NCBI RefSeq assembly: GCF_964204645.1
Contig: NC_134031.1
Location: 16,913,807 to 16,977,806, forward strand
Origin: Tubulanus polymorphus
Taxonomy: Eukaryota > Animalia > Nemertea
Length of the DNA stretch: 64,000 nucleotides
Reading direction: 5' to 3'
The notes beneath the pieces were generated by a model that did not search any database, was not told where the DNA came from, and worked only from the letters and a program-made list of their open reading frames with translations. How positions within the stretch are numbered: the first letter of the stretch is position 1; each line of letters opens with the position of its first letter. Positions 50,401 through 63,519 of the stretch are shown piece after piece. Both the position numbers and the translations under genes were made by a program.

Positions 50401-53400
50401 ATACGCTAAATTGGCCCATTTTGTAACGGACCAATATTGACTGACCGAATAGGCCGATGCAAGTTCAATCTAAATTCTAGAATCGGTGAGTAGAAACTTT
50501 GATTGAGCTGCCTATCACATTGTTGCATATTGCTGGGCCAGTGATAACAGCTGATTTGAAAATCTGAGTGAAGCTTTTTCGAGGGGCAGTTCATGATTAT
50601 TGTATCCAAATTTCTCAAAATCTTAGTGCGAATTTCTTATGCCGACATTTTGAAAATTGTAGGGGGTTCGTTTTGCTTCCCCCAAACCCCCCTTGGCATA
50701 GGCCTGGTGAATACACAGCATCGATTTGGTCCATTCTCGATTGGTACCTCCGGGTACAGTCAAATAGTAAAGTATGTCCATGCTCATGATAGTGTGAATG
50801 CAGCAGCAGTTAAGACAAAAGAAAATGTAGTCCACGAACTCGATGTCATAACTATTGAATATGTTAATGGTTGAGGTTTTCCGGTACGAACTGGACACAA
50901 ATGAACGAGATACATGCGATAATCAACTACAATCGCGATGATGATGATCACGAATACTGAATATTGTCTAATCCGTAATAAGAGCCGAATAGAAGGGAAA
51001 ACCTAATTCAATCAAGCGTATAAATCCATCAATATGCATTCATTAGAAGAACGCCCAGCGCTCTCGCTTGTACAACGTGTCATTCGATGAACTCGCAGTC
51101 GGTGTAAGTTGCGGTAATCACGAAGAGGAATTTCTCCACACCGTCATTCATATTTCCACGGCGGACTAGTTCGTTTCTTCGTGCGCACCGTACACACAAC
51201 ACACGCCGCCAACGTCGTCGAAGAAAGAACTTTAAAAAATCCATAATCATGAAATTAACTTGATGAAATCTTCGCAAACAACGCCAGCGCAGGCAGGCAG
51301 GCAGGCGAGCGCGGGGCAGTGAGGCAGGCAATTTCGCGTGATATGTCACGTAAATTGCAAGTGACAATTCATGATTGAATAATCAGTTATCCCATCATAT
51401 CTTAAATGCACAGCCATATCTATTTCAGGAAATGCTCTTATGACTTAAAAATATTACGTAGGTATGTTCGCCAAAACATCTTTTTTACATAATCGCATTC
51501 CGTTATCTACACATATAGAATTTCATGATCTTATAAGATGATTTTTTTTCTAAATTACAAAATCATAAAACTGAATAGATGGGAAGAAATTATATCAAAA
51601 CTTGAACTAAGTAGAATTATCATGACAACCGCTTTCTTTCCATTATTCCACTCATATAGCTGATGGAGATACTACACATTAGTAGCTAGTACCTTAGAAA
51701 AAAACTAAATTATCTATAAAGTACTACCTGCCTCTACATTTCACTGATTTTCAATTCCATAAACCATTTTTTCCATTCTTTCAGTGTATCTACACTGCAG
51801 TGCGATGTATAAATCTATGTTAGTTCATCACATCCCAGCGTAATGATCTTATCAGAAATAAGCTTTTATCTCTAGTGGAATTTTTTCAAATTTTCAAATT
51901 GTCTCCAGCATTAGGGTATTAATCATTCGGCAATGAAAGGGTTAATACACAGATTTTCTTATGAATTAAGCATTTCGAAGAGAATCGAGATTTATCTTTC
52001 ACTCGTAATGTTTGAAGTGGTGAATATTCGTACAGCCTGAGAGAGAAACGCACACGTTCCCGGGCGTTGGATCAACTTTTTGTTTTCATTATTAATACGT
52101 TTATCAGTTCATCAAATCTAATACCGACAATGTCTCATCATATTTGTATATCGGGAGCAATTACATAAAACAATATTTACTCGACATCGATTCACATCAG
52201 CGGAATGCTTTCAGCGATCGGAAAAATGCGTAAAGTATAGACGCCGGCGGGAGAGAAAATATTGTTGTTTTAAAGGCCCTACAGTTTTCATCGGAGAGCA
52301 TTCTTTTACCGCGGCATGTTACAATTTCTCGTTATTACTTCGGATACGATTCTTGAAAACGTCTTCGCTGACACTCTTGTTTCAGAGTCTAGGAAAAAGT
52401 CGAAAACGTCGAGTCCGAAGATAATTTTAACGAATACGCAATTGCAGCAGTCGTTATATAGCCTTCAAACGATGAATTTGCGAAGCGAATAAAAAAGCAC
52501 GAAACTTTTTAACTTTTCATCAAAGAGATTCATAGCGACCGAGTGCAAAACTTGCTGTCTCGTCGGACCGACCGATGAATAGAACCTCAACCCCTGACAT
52601 TTCCGTCAACATGAATATATCAATAAGATCAGTAAAAGGTGAACGGGTGCTTTTGTTTCGAGGAAGATGAAGATCTTAAAGGCCACCTGCCTCAGCGGTA
52701 AAACCAAGGCGGTTACTAAGTAGAGCTTAATTCGTACTCGAAACTACTTCACGCGAAACAATGTTTTCTTGAAAAAAAAAAGAAAAAACTCCACAGAGGA
52801 TTATTGATTCATTCGCACCACCAAGTCTGAGTTAAATGGGTTTTATGTACGAAGACATTTCAAAGAAGTAACGTAGACATGTCCAGGCATCTCTTGATGT
52901 CGTAGACGCTTAAGCTAAATTACTCATAGAAATCGTACTTGTATGCTTCAAATAATGGGGAAATGAACTCCAACGATCAGTTCGTTACCCCGCAAACGTA
53001 AATATAAGACTTGTCTGTTATTACCAGTCATTCGGGAAAACTTTATGATACTCGTCATAAGCCGCGTATTCATCAACTCAATGAAATCTTTCATAGAAGT
53101 CAACTTTTTCTCAGAAACGACAGTTTTTATAAGAATATATACTCTAAGCAGATGTGACTTCGCCGAATACAATCATTCTTTTGATCATTAACCCTTTCAG
53201 TGTGTCGACACTGCAGTGCGGTGTATAGATCGGTGATGAACTTTGTAAGTACACCACATCGCAGTGTATCAATTAGTTTTCATCCCTATAGAAAAATGGC
53301 AGCACTTGTCAAACATAGAGTAATATTAGTGAGTAACAATACACCGCACTGCAGTGTAGATGCAATATATGCCGCATTTCAAGGTTTTTCAATTTATCTC

Positions 53401-56400
53401 CAGCACTCTCAGGTATCAATTAGTCAGCACCGAAAGGGTTAAACTGTTCAAGATGTATATCATTTACATCGTCTTACCGACCATATTTAAAGTCGAAGTC
53501 ATTACACCAGTCAGACGTTTGGTCTATCTAAAAGACGGTTTGGTTTTTGATATCGTCGTATATGATGAACACGATGCGACGATACATGATATTCGATGTT
53601 ATACGGCGTGCCATCCGGGACATTAAAACGACATCATACGAACTACAAGCGGGAATATCAATCTCGGTTTTATTACGCAGAGTCACGAGAACGGCGCAAA
53701 GATAGAGACGGATGGGGAATCAGAAGTCTTCTAGATGCTGCGATTTATCGGTAACGAAATCAGCTAAATGGCAGTTATTATGATAATGTATATGAGAAAC
53801 ATTAATTATACCATTTCTGTTTGAGGTTCATCGGCGTTTTTCAGTCGATTATCAGAACGATTTACAAGCTATGCACATTTCCAATTTCGAAATCAAACTA
53901 CGCGTTTCGTTTCCGGCGGGGTTTGTAAGGGACACGAAATTCAAATCAAATCGTCAATCGAAAGAATAAGAGGGATAATTCTTTATTGAGATGAAAAAGA
54001 ACTCGTCGTGGAATACGCCCCAAATACCCGACGTTGAAGCCGATACTGGTTACAAGAGCACTAACGTTAAAACTAAACAGAAATCAGAGGCGCAGGCAGC
54101 GACGAAATAAGTCGATCTTTAGTTGCTGCCGGGTAGAAACGCTCATATAGCCGTTTAAAAAGTTGTGTCACAGCGCCGGCCTATTGAAGTAAGGTGTGTA
54201 GAGAGAAAGGAAGAAAGAGGGAGGGAGAAAGAAAAAGGGTAGAAAGAGAGACGGGCAGAGATTTTTAATTCAATATAGTGAATTATACATGCTTCATACC
54301 CCACGTCGCTGCCGTCGTCGTTCCTACCGGCGCGACACGAGAATTATTTAGATTAAGAATCTACTTCGAGTGATCTGAACTGGAAACGATAAAGACTACT
54401 GTTCGCAAAGTAATGACTGCCGTTGTCATTGTACATGGTTTATAGAGAAGACGGTTTATCGAGGTTAGAAGACGACGCGCAGCCACTACGCTGCAGTCCA
54501 TTAAGGAGATGAAAGTTCATATTGAAAGTACTGATGAATCTCTTATCACCCGATGGACAACTTGTGTCATCCTCTTCGAGAGTTTAGTCGATTATCTACG
54601 GACTAACGAGTGAATTTGTATATAAACATCTGACCACATGCCACGGATAAGTAACGCGCGGCAGATAAGTGGAATAATGTCACCGGGGAGTTCGCCGCAG
54701 TCGGAGTCTGTCGAAGACAATTATCAATTTAAAACTCGCTTGGGAAAAATTAGGACTTTGTGCATAATGAACTGAACGGCACATCATAAGATCTATATGG
54801 ATGAAGAGAGAAAAGCGAATTGCGTTTGGTGCGGCGGAAATTCGACGGGGTTTTTTTAAACCTGCCCTATCTACTCGACGCGAAAAAGAAGCCAGCGGCA
54901 AAAGAAGCCACTGTTCACCACACGCATGCGCGCGAACATGAACATGAATGACATAACGTAATCAAAGACAAAGTAAATGAGATTATAACATACAAAGCTT
55001 ACAAAAGACATTCCTGCAACGTGCCCCCCCCCCCCCCCGTAAAAACGACCTTATTCGTAATAAAACCCTCACAAAGCATCGAGTCATTTGAAACAGAACA
55101 TTTGTAGGTGCGCAACGGAGATGATAGGAATCACCTTGTTAAGGAGTGTTAAGATATCAAAAACAAAAAACCTTAGAAGATTGATACAAGAGGTTTTCAT
55201 ACGGCCATAAAAAGGAGAGGAAAATAGTCATCAAGATCGTTGTAAAGGATTATTTATGCCGCTTCCTTCGCCCTGACGTAAAACTGATAGTTTCTTCAAT
55301 ATCATTGATCTCTATATTGATTTTATAGGGGTAACCGTCTTTCTACGATAACATCAACACGGCATCGGTATCTGTTTAATGGCTAATTAATCATATAGAA
55401 TATCAATCGGGATTCGAGTGAGGAATCCCGTGATTCGACTTTTATGATGCCGGCGTTTAACCTTTCGCGTAAAAAACCGAATACGCGATCAATTAAAAAT
55501 GGATGTATCAGCCACGATCACACAAAACAACTTGGCCCGTGCCAACATTTTTTTCAGCCAAATTCGGCACCCATGTGGGGAGTTGTTCCGGACCTGATTT
55601 GGCACTGGTCAAAAATGCACCAGCCGAGTTCATGGATATTTTTACTTTGTTTCTATCTTAATCAAATCCAGAGATATGAACGAAATAAAAAAATCAAACC
55701 GGAGAAAAATAGGGACAAAAAATTCAACGATGCGGACCCGGCGGGTACCCAAAAAAATGGCGCCTGGAAACTGTAAAAAGGCTTATTACCAATACTTTAC
55801 TAATGTACATTTTTAATTCGACCAAAATACGCATTTACTGCATCAACTCATATATATTCGTTATTTTCATTTAGGACATCACCGCCGGCTACATCAAATT
55901 ATGTTTCAATTATAAACATGATATAAATGACTGGCTCCAAATAAATGTAATTATTATCTTATTAATGATGTTGTCCCGTTATTTAATTGTGTAGACAGAC
56001 TTATTAGTGGCGCTATTCACCGGGGAAATACACTGAGGATGTAAATATTTGAATTTGAGTGCATTACATAAGCGTTTACGTGCTTTTTTCATCAGTAACA
56101 ATTTCACTGTATAAAATGAAACCTTGTTATAACGACCTCGGATTTAACAATTTATCAGTTATTACAAACCTAGAATTTTGTCCCAAATAGGAAAATCCCA
56201 TATTGGATATTACGGTTATTACCTATCAGTTAAAACGAACAGATTTTCTGGTCCCGTGAAGTTCATTCCGCGTACTACACTCTCAAAACGTTGGAACACC
56301 TCTGGAATGCAAAACTAGAACACTTGTTTGTCGCAAGTGTTCGGAGAACGTAAAAGGATATTTCTTGGACAGAATGGAACACGAGAACGGCGTTGGGAAA

Positions 56401-59400
56401 CGTTCTGAAGCGTTCCAGGGTTTTTGAGTGCAGCTTCAAGTTCAAAGCTTCCGCGTCCGAAGCAAGGTTCCAGCGTTTAATGGAAATATAAATGTATTCA
56501 ATTTTGTGCGAATGCATCAACTTAAGAGACAGATCGAAGCGGATTCACTTCAAAAACCGACTTGTCCCGTGTAATTGGAATCTAATGCACTGGAAAAAGA
56601 AAATGGTGCAGTAAATAGCAATATAGAGAGCGAAAAAGAATCGCGAGAAGACTCGTCACCGGAGTAGACATCATTTCTCACTTGGCCGGTTCAGAGTTGC
56701 TGCCGTGTTTGAAGCAATAATTGGTGATCGCTAGGTAAACATCGAAGACTCGTCGGGTTTGGAAGCGCCCGTTCTGCAAGCCTCGTCATTGCCGGTAGAG
56801 GAGCGAAGAGTAAACAATCGCGAAGCTGCCGACGAACACCGCTGCGCGAACGAGGAACACGGAAACGTCGTTTCTACTCAGCGGCGCCCGGCATTGACGA
56901 GAGATTCTTTTCAGAATCTCGTTAACGAGTAATACAAACCTTACAACTGAAACTGAACTCACAAATCAAAATAGATTCATCTGAATTCTGCCTTCAATTC
57001 GCTTGTCAATTGGTAATCGCGTGGAATTGCGATCGGCGACAATTCATATTTCCTAACAGTTGCCATGAAATAGAGAATTCATTTATAGCTATATTCGGTA
57101 AAAGATGATTGAATTTCATTGCGAAAAATCTGGATTTCTAGTAATTATCCTAATAGACAAAACGTTAGAAAGCGTTTCCTAAGTCTTGTCGGATTAGAAT
57201 TTCAATCGAGATGGTTGAATTGAAATTTTAAGATCGCGCTTGTTAAGCGTCTTATTGCTAATAAATAATGCACCTGTTTCAACGACTAAAATCGGTAATC
57301 GACCGGTAATCGACGAGTAATCCCCGGCAGAAATTTAATGGGAACGTTAGTTACCCAACAAATCAATCTCGAGTAAAGCAACGTCGAAACAACGACGGAA
57401 CAAACTGATAAAGACTCCAGACTCTTTAAGTATAACTAACTACAAGTAGAGGATATAAACCTAGAATTCAAATCGTGTTAGAGACCATGATTCAATTAAT
57501 AGGTGTTGCTAAATGTTTAGTTAGGGAAGCAAATAAGTCGAATTTCAAGTTTTTTATTGATTTTCAGTAGCAACTAGATATTAAAGCTAAAAAAGTATTA
57601 AGTGCTGATTTTGACCAACAAAGATGGCCACCAGTCAGCCATTCCTGATAATGAAAGCGCTACTTTTTGCCCTGCAGATGTGTCTAGGGTAGATACATGT
57701 ACAAATTGAACATCGAGACAATCCGTCGAAGCGTCTTTAAAATAATTTCATGGATGACAGTTCTTTAATTACACCGATTAATGTAAAAACGATAAACAAA
57801 AACAGTCTTTTAGGGAATGAATAAGTAAATATGATCAAAGAAAAACAATCGTCATCAGCACATCGCGTAGTCATATCCGATTGATGAAACATGATATATT
57901 TGCGATGTCACGCATGACTGCTTTGTCATAAATCCGTAGACCAACGACTAAGTGACTGCTCAACCACAAGATCATGAATGCCACCAATCCATCATCGACG
58001 CGAGCAATCGATAGCATCGCCACGAACGCACGTATCCCCGAGATGGGAAAAAAAACGCACGTATCCCCGGCGGAAAAAAACGTGCAGCCACCAAAGATGA
58101 AAACAAATCCGGCCGTTGGCTTTTTTTAGGTGTGAGGTCAATATACAAAAAACCTGGTACCTGCACCGGTTCTAGACCGCATTCTGCGAGTCTGGGGGCT
58201 AGGATTTAATGAATAACTCGCGGTGAGGAATTAATGATTATATCTCAAGGCTGCGATTTAAAAACCAGTAAACGAGAAAATGGACGAGCACGCAAGAATG
58301 GCTTGAAGAAAAGTTAGGCTCGATGAAGGCGTTCAAATCGGTGCAATCAATGATTGCCCTGACATATACCTCAGAATTCAATGACTGACATCTTCAGTAG
58401 AGCAGGTTGGTGCAGTTTTGTGTGGCAATATTGCATAAATAACTACGCATCCAGGGGTTATTATAGGTGTATGAGGTAGTTGTCATGTTTAGGAAAATAC
58501 AGGTGGCACAGCCCACCCACCCTGGAAATAAACCAGTTGTCAAAGATGTTCTTCATAAGGACCCAAAAGCATACTGAATTGACAAGCCAAACTTTTTGAA
58601 TGCGATGGGGCAATTATTCCATCGTTCACTCACTATAAATACTGTGGTAGATACATGACCCAAACCATGAATGTATGCTAAATTCAACAGAACAACATGG
58701 CCGAACCTTGCGCCTAATGAATCTCAGCTAGAGGCCACAAATCTATCACCATCTCCGCTTCCTCAAACTAACCGGCCATATCAATTTCTCCATCGGTTTC
58801 CACAGAATATAACAAACTACTCAATCCAAGAGAAGCCGAAGGAAGGAACCGAATACATCGATGCATTATTCACGAAATAAACCACGCGTTCAGTCGCCGC
58901 CCGGGATGAAGATGATGATGTTGACAACGACGTTCAATACAAACGTTTGCGTTGTAAGAACCGAGAACTCTATCTGTAAATACAGTCAATATTCATCCAA
59001 TACATTCAATACAATGAGAAATAAACAGTATCCGTGCTGATATAAATATTGCATTATTTGGTTATCGATGCTCCAACCGTCGTAGGTAAACACGAAGCAA
59101 GTGAACCGAGATGAGAACTATCATGCGTAATGGTTAGGTGCGAGATATTATTAGGTACGTATGTCTTTAGTTCTTTCTCCTGCTCGTCGTCGACTACTTC
59201 GAGAGTCATTCATTCGGCGCGATTACTCGAAACCTTCACAACCTCATTTCCTCCGCTTGCTTTCATCGTGTAGTTTTATCAGATTGTTGAATATCACGTT
59301 GTTCACACTCGCAGAAATATCCATGAACTTACCGACGTCTACGTGATTTCTTCGTTTAATCGTCTGACCAGTCTCTTCGTCATCCTCATGAAACAGCTAG

Positions 59401-61037
59401 CTCCATAAGAGGTGGGCTGTGATCATATGAGCATAGAATTTTGTCCCTGGCCAAATTTGTGGCCACGCTGGTGCCAAAACCGGGTCCGCACCTGTTTGAC
59501 ATGAGCCAAATTTAACCATGGGACCAGGCCCGTGCCAAATTGTTTAGACGGGTAAGCTAGTCATGTGAATGCTAGTTGGTTCTGGAAGTGATTCACCTCA
59601 CTTTACAACAGCATCATTTTGATAACATTTAAGTAACTTAAGCTGTACATACGTGCTCTCAAAATATGACTCAGGTTTGGTTCTGGCCTGTTTGACCAGG
59701 GACGAAACGTCTGCGTGCGATTGCAGCTTATGTCTAGATAGTTTCTTGGTTCGAATTCTTAAACAGTTTCTTGGTTCTGATGAACCAGTAGTATATATTA
59801 GTCTAGCCGCATACAGTGAGGAGCTATAGCTCCGTGAAGCGTGACAATCCGAGAATTGCAAAAAATAGGAGTTGAGGATGGAAGGGAAGAGAGTGGTAAA
59901 TGTGACAGCGATAAGCTCAGTACACCCAACTACAATCCCCATCTTCGCCTAAATGTATAGAGTTCCATGGGGAATGCAACAATAAACCAGCAGACACCTG
60001 CCGCAACATCTAATGGTATTTGATGCTGATACGACAATAATTCCGTCGACGAATTCTCCGAGGCCGTTCCCGTTGCGAGCGTCGGGAAACACGCGCCGAA
60101 AAAAGTAATCTCACAAAGAGATTACCGAATATCAGATAAACGGATTATCCCGATCCGAAAACACGAACGAAACTCGAATATCTTTACGCCCCCAGTGAGA
60201 CGGTATAAAGCAAGCGATCAATCGAAAACTAATACGAACTATTGTTTTAAACACACGCGGATACCCGCTATTGGGTACGGATAAAATCTCGCGCGCGGCA
60301 TAACGCTGTGGTGCGCCAGAAATCTCAAGTTACCGCTTGCGCCGCAACCACTTCGTAAATACTATACCCGCTTAATTCTTTTTTACGAGCAGTTGCTTCA
60401 CGGATAAGCTCTAACACCGGGTCTTAACAGATTTACGTTGTTTACATGTTTGAAGTACTGGCTGTTTTTCTAAACAGCTCGATGTACTACATGTGTACTA
60501 AATCATGTTGAATTTAAGAGTTTTCTTAGCACATTTAGTTTAAGTAATTACAAGCCATAGGCCACAACGGTTCATGGGCACAAACTCTAACGCTGCAATT
60601 GCCAAGCATTAGTTCCTATTGCATTTTGGATATGTTGCATCTAGGACCAAGAGCTAAATTTTGTAAGGACAACTTTTTTGACCCCGTTCCTCAGTTACGA
60701 GGTCATTTTCAAGGTCATGTCGCCGAGATACAGATTTTTTAGTGTCTAGTTCTGCCGCTAGGTGGCGCACTGGGACCACTCTTTACACTGAATTACTAGA
60801 CCCCCATACTAACATTGTTCTGGTACCCAAGTTTCATCAAGATTGACACACTATTAACAAAGCTAAGTAGCTGAAACAGACACACACATATAGACGGACA
60901 GTACGAGAATAAGGGTCTCACGGAAGCCCGCGAAACAATATGAATCTATGAATTTGGATGCTTACCCGAATGCGTCTCATGGCGGCCACAATTTCAACTC
61001 TACTGCTCGGTCTTGGTACATCCAACGTTCCGATATA
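29429..61037 (-). CDS. NOS1AP: NOS1AP/CAPON PTB-domain adaptor, 5'-incomplete; exons 61037-60966, 37498-37406, 33265-33204, 32923-32815, 32685-32559, 32355-32219, 31723-31508, 31420-31280, 30436-29429
   Basis: Phase-consistent exons encode [24 protein letters not shown] / [13 protein letters not shown] / [15 protein letters not shown] / [20 protein letters not shown]...FKCNVFK / [16 protein letters not shown] and the coiled coil [36 protein letters not shown]. The first coding exon presumably lies beyond the right end of the window. Confidence 0.95.
31757..32022. mobile_element. AGCCGCGAT-ended MITE family D copy
   Basis: AGCCGCGATCACACGGAGA...CCCGGGCCAAATTGGCACGGATC shared with copies at 35.0, 40.0, 47.7, 55.5, 59.4, 62.9 and 63.5 kb. 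Confidence 0.7.
33570..33596. repeat. (ATT)n microsatellite
   Basis: Direct reading of the sequence. Confidence 0.85.
35003..35156. mobile_element. Family D short internal-deletion derivative
   Basis: Inverted ends AGCCGCGATCG...CGATCGCGGCT; about 155 bp. Confidence 0.7.
35885..36154. mobile_element. piggyBac-like MITE family P copy (reverse orientation)
   Basis: CCCTTTCAGTGC...GCACTGAAAGGG-TTAA; interior is the reverse complement of 46595-46873. Confidence 0.7.
37825..38150. repeat. 16-bp minisatellite, about 20 units
   Basis: Units GGCAAACTCAACCAGT, GGCAAATTCTACCATT and GGCAAACTCAATCAGT. Confidence 0.9.
40002..40262. mobile_element. Family D copy
   Basis: AACTGTTCACACGGGTG.CAAATGG and the CCAAATCATCTCCGCATGATCATGGCT end. 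Confidence 0.65.
43155..43233. repeat. 39-bp tandem duplication
   Basis: TTTCCCAAGGCGATTCATCGTTACTTACCATCG(G/T)AAAAC twice. Confidence 0.85.
43725..43825. repeat. ~100-bp dispersed repeat, second copy at ~45713-45807
   Basis: Both copies share AATATAGAGAGACAATGATAACGAAAGAC(A/T)AAGTCCGAAAATGTTTT(C/T)TAGAGCCAGTAGATCATT. Confidence 0.8.
45545..45651 (-). mobile_element. tRNA-derived SINE-like fragment, copy 1 (degenerate)
   Basis: Minus strand has TGGTCTACTGG (A box-like) and GGTTTCGATCCC (B box-like); aligns with 45838-45951. Confidence 0.55.
45838..45951 (-). mobile_element. tRNA-derived SINE-like fragment, copy 2
   Basis: Minus strand TTGGTGTACTGGTTAGCACACTTGCTTACCACACTTGAGACCTAGGTTCGATTCCTGG has A and B boxes at tRNA spacing, but the cloverleaf stems are broken. 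Confidence 0.6.
46595..46873. mobile_element. piggyBac-like MITE family P, best-preserved copy
   Basis: TTAA-CCCTTTCAGTGC...GCACTGAAAGGG-TTAA: TTAA target duplication with CCC/GGG termini. Confidence 0.8.
47658..47943. mobile_element. Family D copy
   Basis: AGCCGCGATCAC...GTGATCACGGCT inverted ends. Confidence 0.7.
48745..49182. mobile_element. Family E copy with three internal 72-bp tandem units
   Basis: Units start near 48901, 48973 and 49045 (AGAAA(T/C)AAGAAA(T/C)AT.GTTTCCG.GAT...TTTTGTGTTTCTCTG); the end is CTGTGTCGAGTGCGTTAGGCTT. Confidence 0.65.
49228..49488. repeat. 14-bp purine-rich minisatellite
   Basis: GTAAGGAATGA(G/C)A(G/C) repeated about 18 times with degeneration. Confidence 0.9.
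51776..51941. mobile_element. Family P degenerate, internally deleted copy
   Basis: CTTTCAGTGT...ACACTGCAGTGCG...TCTCCAGCA...GCAATGAAAGGG-TTAA. Confidence 0.55.
53192..53438. mobile_element. piggyBac-like MITE family P copy
   Basis: TTAA-CCCTTTCAGTG...GCACCGAAAGGG-TTAA; interior AAAAATGGCAGCAC..GTCAAACATAG shared with 46595. Confidence 0.78.
59415..59728. mobile_element. Family D degenerate copy
   Basis: GGCTGTGATCA...CGATTGCAGCT ends and CCCGTGCCAAAT interior. Confidence 0.5.
60645..60938 (+). mobile_element. Helentron-associated (HINE/DINE-1-like) non-autonomous element, tentative
   Basis: Starts ACCAAGAGCT, contains AAGTTTCATCAAGATT and a short CAGA/GACG-type microsatellite before a GC-rich end; this layout is typical of HINE-like repeats. 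Contains a CTCF-like motif. Confidence 0.4.
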
Positions 61038-62946
61038 CTGCAAGAAAAAACGAAACAAACATATATCACTGAAGTCATATAGCAAAAAGAGGAGGCCCTG
61101 AAACTGATTTTTGATTGCAGAAATTGATATATTAAACATTGAAAAATATGTCTGATAAAAATGAGGATCAAAATCAGAGATGATAGGGAAATTCCAGTTT
61201 TAACTGCTTTGGGCAGTGGGCCTCCACTCGAGCACAGCGTCCTGGTTGCCCACTGTCCTTTCCCCTTTTAACCAAACATCCACTGCTGTATGAATGAAAT
61301 TGTATGAAATCTATTGTAAAAAGGAGATAAAGAAATACTATCATCATTATTATGAGTTCACTGATACTGCCATGTCCGCCATTAATCAACCTTTCACTGG
61401 GGCCTCTAAAATACAATGGTCCCAGTGGACACGCAGTTCACAGGTGTCCGCTTCGACTCGATTTCGGCGATTCGGTTATCAATTCCGATTCACCGCGATT
61501 CATAGAGATCGTTCCATCAAATATCGAAGAGCTTCGAGATATAGCTTTCCTGACAGTTAATTGAAAAGCATCAAACCATCGTGCGCTTGTGTAAATATCC
61601 ATTATTTTCTATGGTACTTGACGCTTAATTCACTTTCGCGGTTCTTCATGTCTGCGCATAAATAATGAACGTGGATCGCGATGTTCTCCCCCCCCCCCAA
61701 AAAAAAATTGACCATGGCCGAAGGAAAATGGTGGTTGTCTAGTTTACAAAGTGCTAAGTCGCTCTGATAACCGGCAGTGTTCGCAGTTCTGATGATGCAA
61801 GCTATCAAAGATGACAGTGTAAACATGAAGAGCTCGGGCATACCCTACGGTTTGTAGCAGAGATAAGGAAAGCATATTTACCAGGCAATTCACAGGTTTC
61901 ACGCTTAACACTGTTTACAAATAGCCCGGTAACAAATAATTTTCATACTTCGGTAAATTCTGAGAGGAGAGAGAGAGAGATGAGAGCAGAAATCAGGGTG
62001 CAAGAATAAGAAGATTTCGTAGGACTTCACGATCTCATTTTCCATAACTTTTCCATATAATATCCAGAAACGTTTTCTCCATGCCCTAATTTACACAGCA
62101 CCAACCTAGAACAAGCAATGTAAGCCCATTCAAAGTAAAATATGTGCCGATTGTCAGTCCCATCAACAAAGTGTTTCCATAAAAGTGTTTCACAAAGTGT
62201 TTTGTTATCAGATATGTTCGTAGTAAGACATCTAGGTGTAATAGCCTAAAATTCGAAAAAAGAAGGACATTTTATTTCAGGATCATTTTCTTGCTTTCCG
62301 TACCTTTACCATTTGAGGAATTATAACAACATTTCCATTGATTTTCCAGGGCCTGGGAAAAAGCAGTTTTACCCATTTTCCAAAACCTTCCAAATCCCAT
62401 AAGAACATATAAGGTATATGAATGAATCAGCATCTTTTTCTAGACGAAGAAGACTAACTGGTATAAATTTCATCTATTACAGCAGATGAAAGGATCAAAT
62501 CGCGAGAGACACGCTATTTTCAACGAATCGACTCAATTGGTCGTCGCCACGCGAAGAAACGCGTCTAATTTTCGAAAAAATTTTTTCTCCCCTATTTCGA
62601 AGCGATATTTCAACGAATTGCTGTCGCTGTCAGACGACGCTTTAACTGCGTATTGAAATGATCTATCGGTTTGATTACGAGACGATTTGATCGCTCCGTA
62701 GGGTACGCGACTAGGAAATTCCCCGCGCAAAAATGCACTCCGCGCGCTATACGGCTTGAATACTAAATAAAGCAATCAGTACGGCGTTTGTCTCGAGCGG
62801 GCACCAGTGAGTACTCCGCCAGTTCTAGTTCGTATACAATATCGAAATCAATGTCTGTAGTCATATCTCATATGATGAACTGATAGTCCTCGGGAGAATC
62901 TGTTCTCATCTACCCGTTACTGTATTTATAAAGGAAAGGACATCGT

Positions 62947-63202
62947 AGCCGCGATTGCATGGAGATGATTTGGCCAGGGCCGAATTGGCACGGAGATCAG
63001 TCCTGAGACAAACTTGGCCCGTAAGAGTCAAACTTGGCCCGTTCACACATAAACTACTCGATGCTAAACAACGCAAGTCATTTCCGGAACCGTGCTAGAA
63101 TTTGGCTTGAGCCTGGCCGGGCTAGGGTCCATTTGGCCCCTGTGCGAATAGTTGTTTCGGGCCTGATTTGGCACAGGAAAAATTGCTCCTGCAATCGCGG
63201 CT
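62947..63202. mobile_element. Family D copy
   Basis: Perfect 13-bp inverted ends AGCCGCGATTGCA / TGCAATCGCGGCT. Confidence 0.75.
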
Positions 63203-63519
63203 CATATCTCTCATGAGCTCGATGCTGATTACAATTTCTTAAGAAATCGTCATTTAGCTCTATCTAGATGTTGCCGCTGCTACGCACGACGGTCTGTCTT
63301 AGATGTCGTAGCTACCGTTTTACGGCATCTGGCTAATTTTCTGTTTTCCTTTCCACGTATCAGGCAATCCTACGAACGTCTTGAATAATTGAAACGATGT
63401 TCAAAACTCGGAAGAAAGTTACGCAGACAACTTGACATTTTCAGCTCACGAGTGGACGAAATTGTTATATTGTTACGACGATTACATGAAATATTTCCAC
63501 TCCATCCCCGATGACATAT

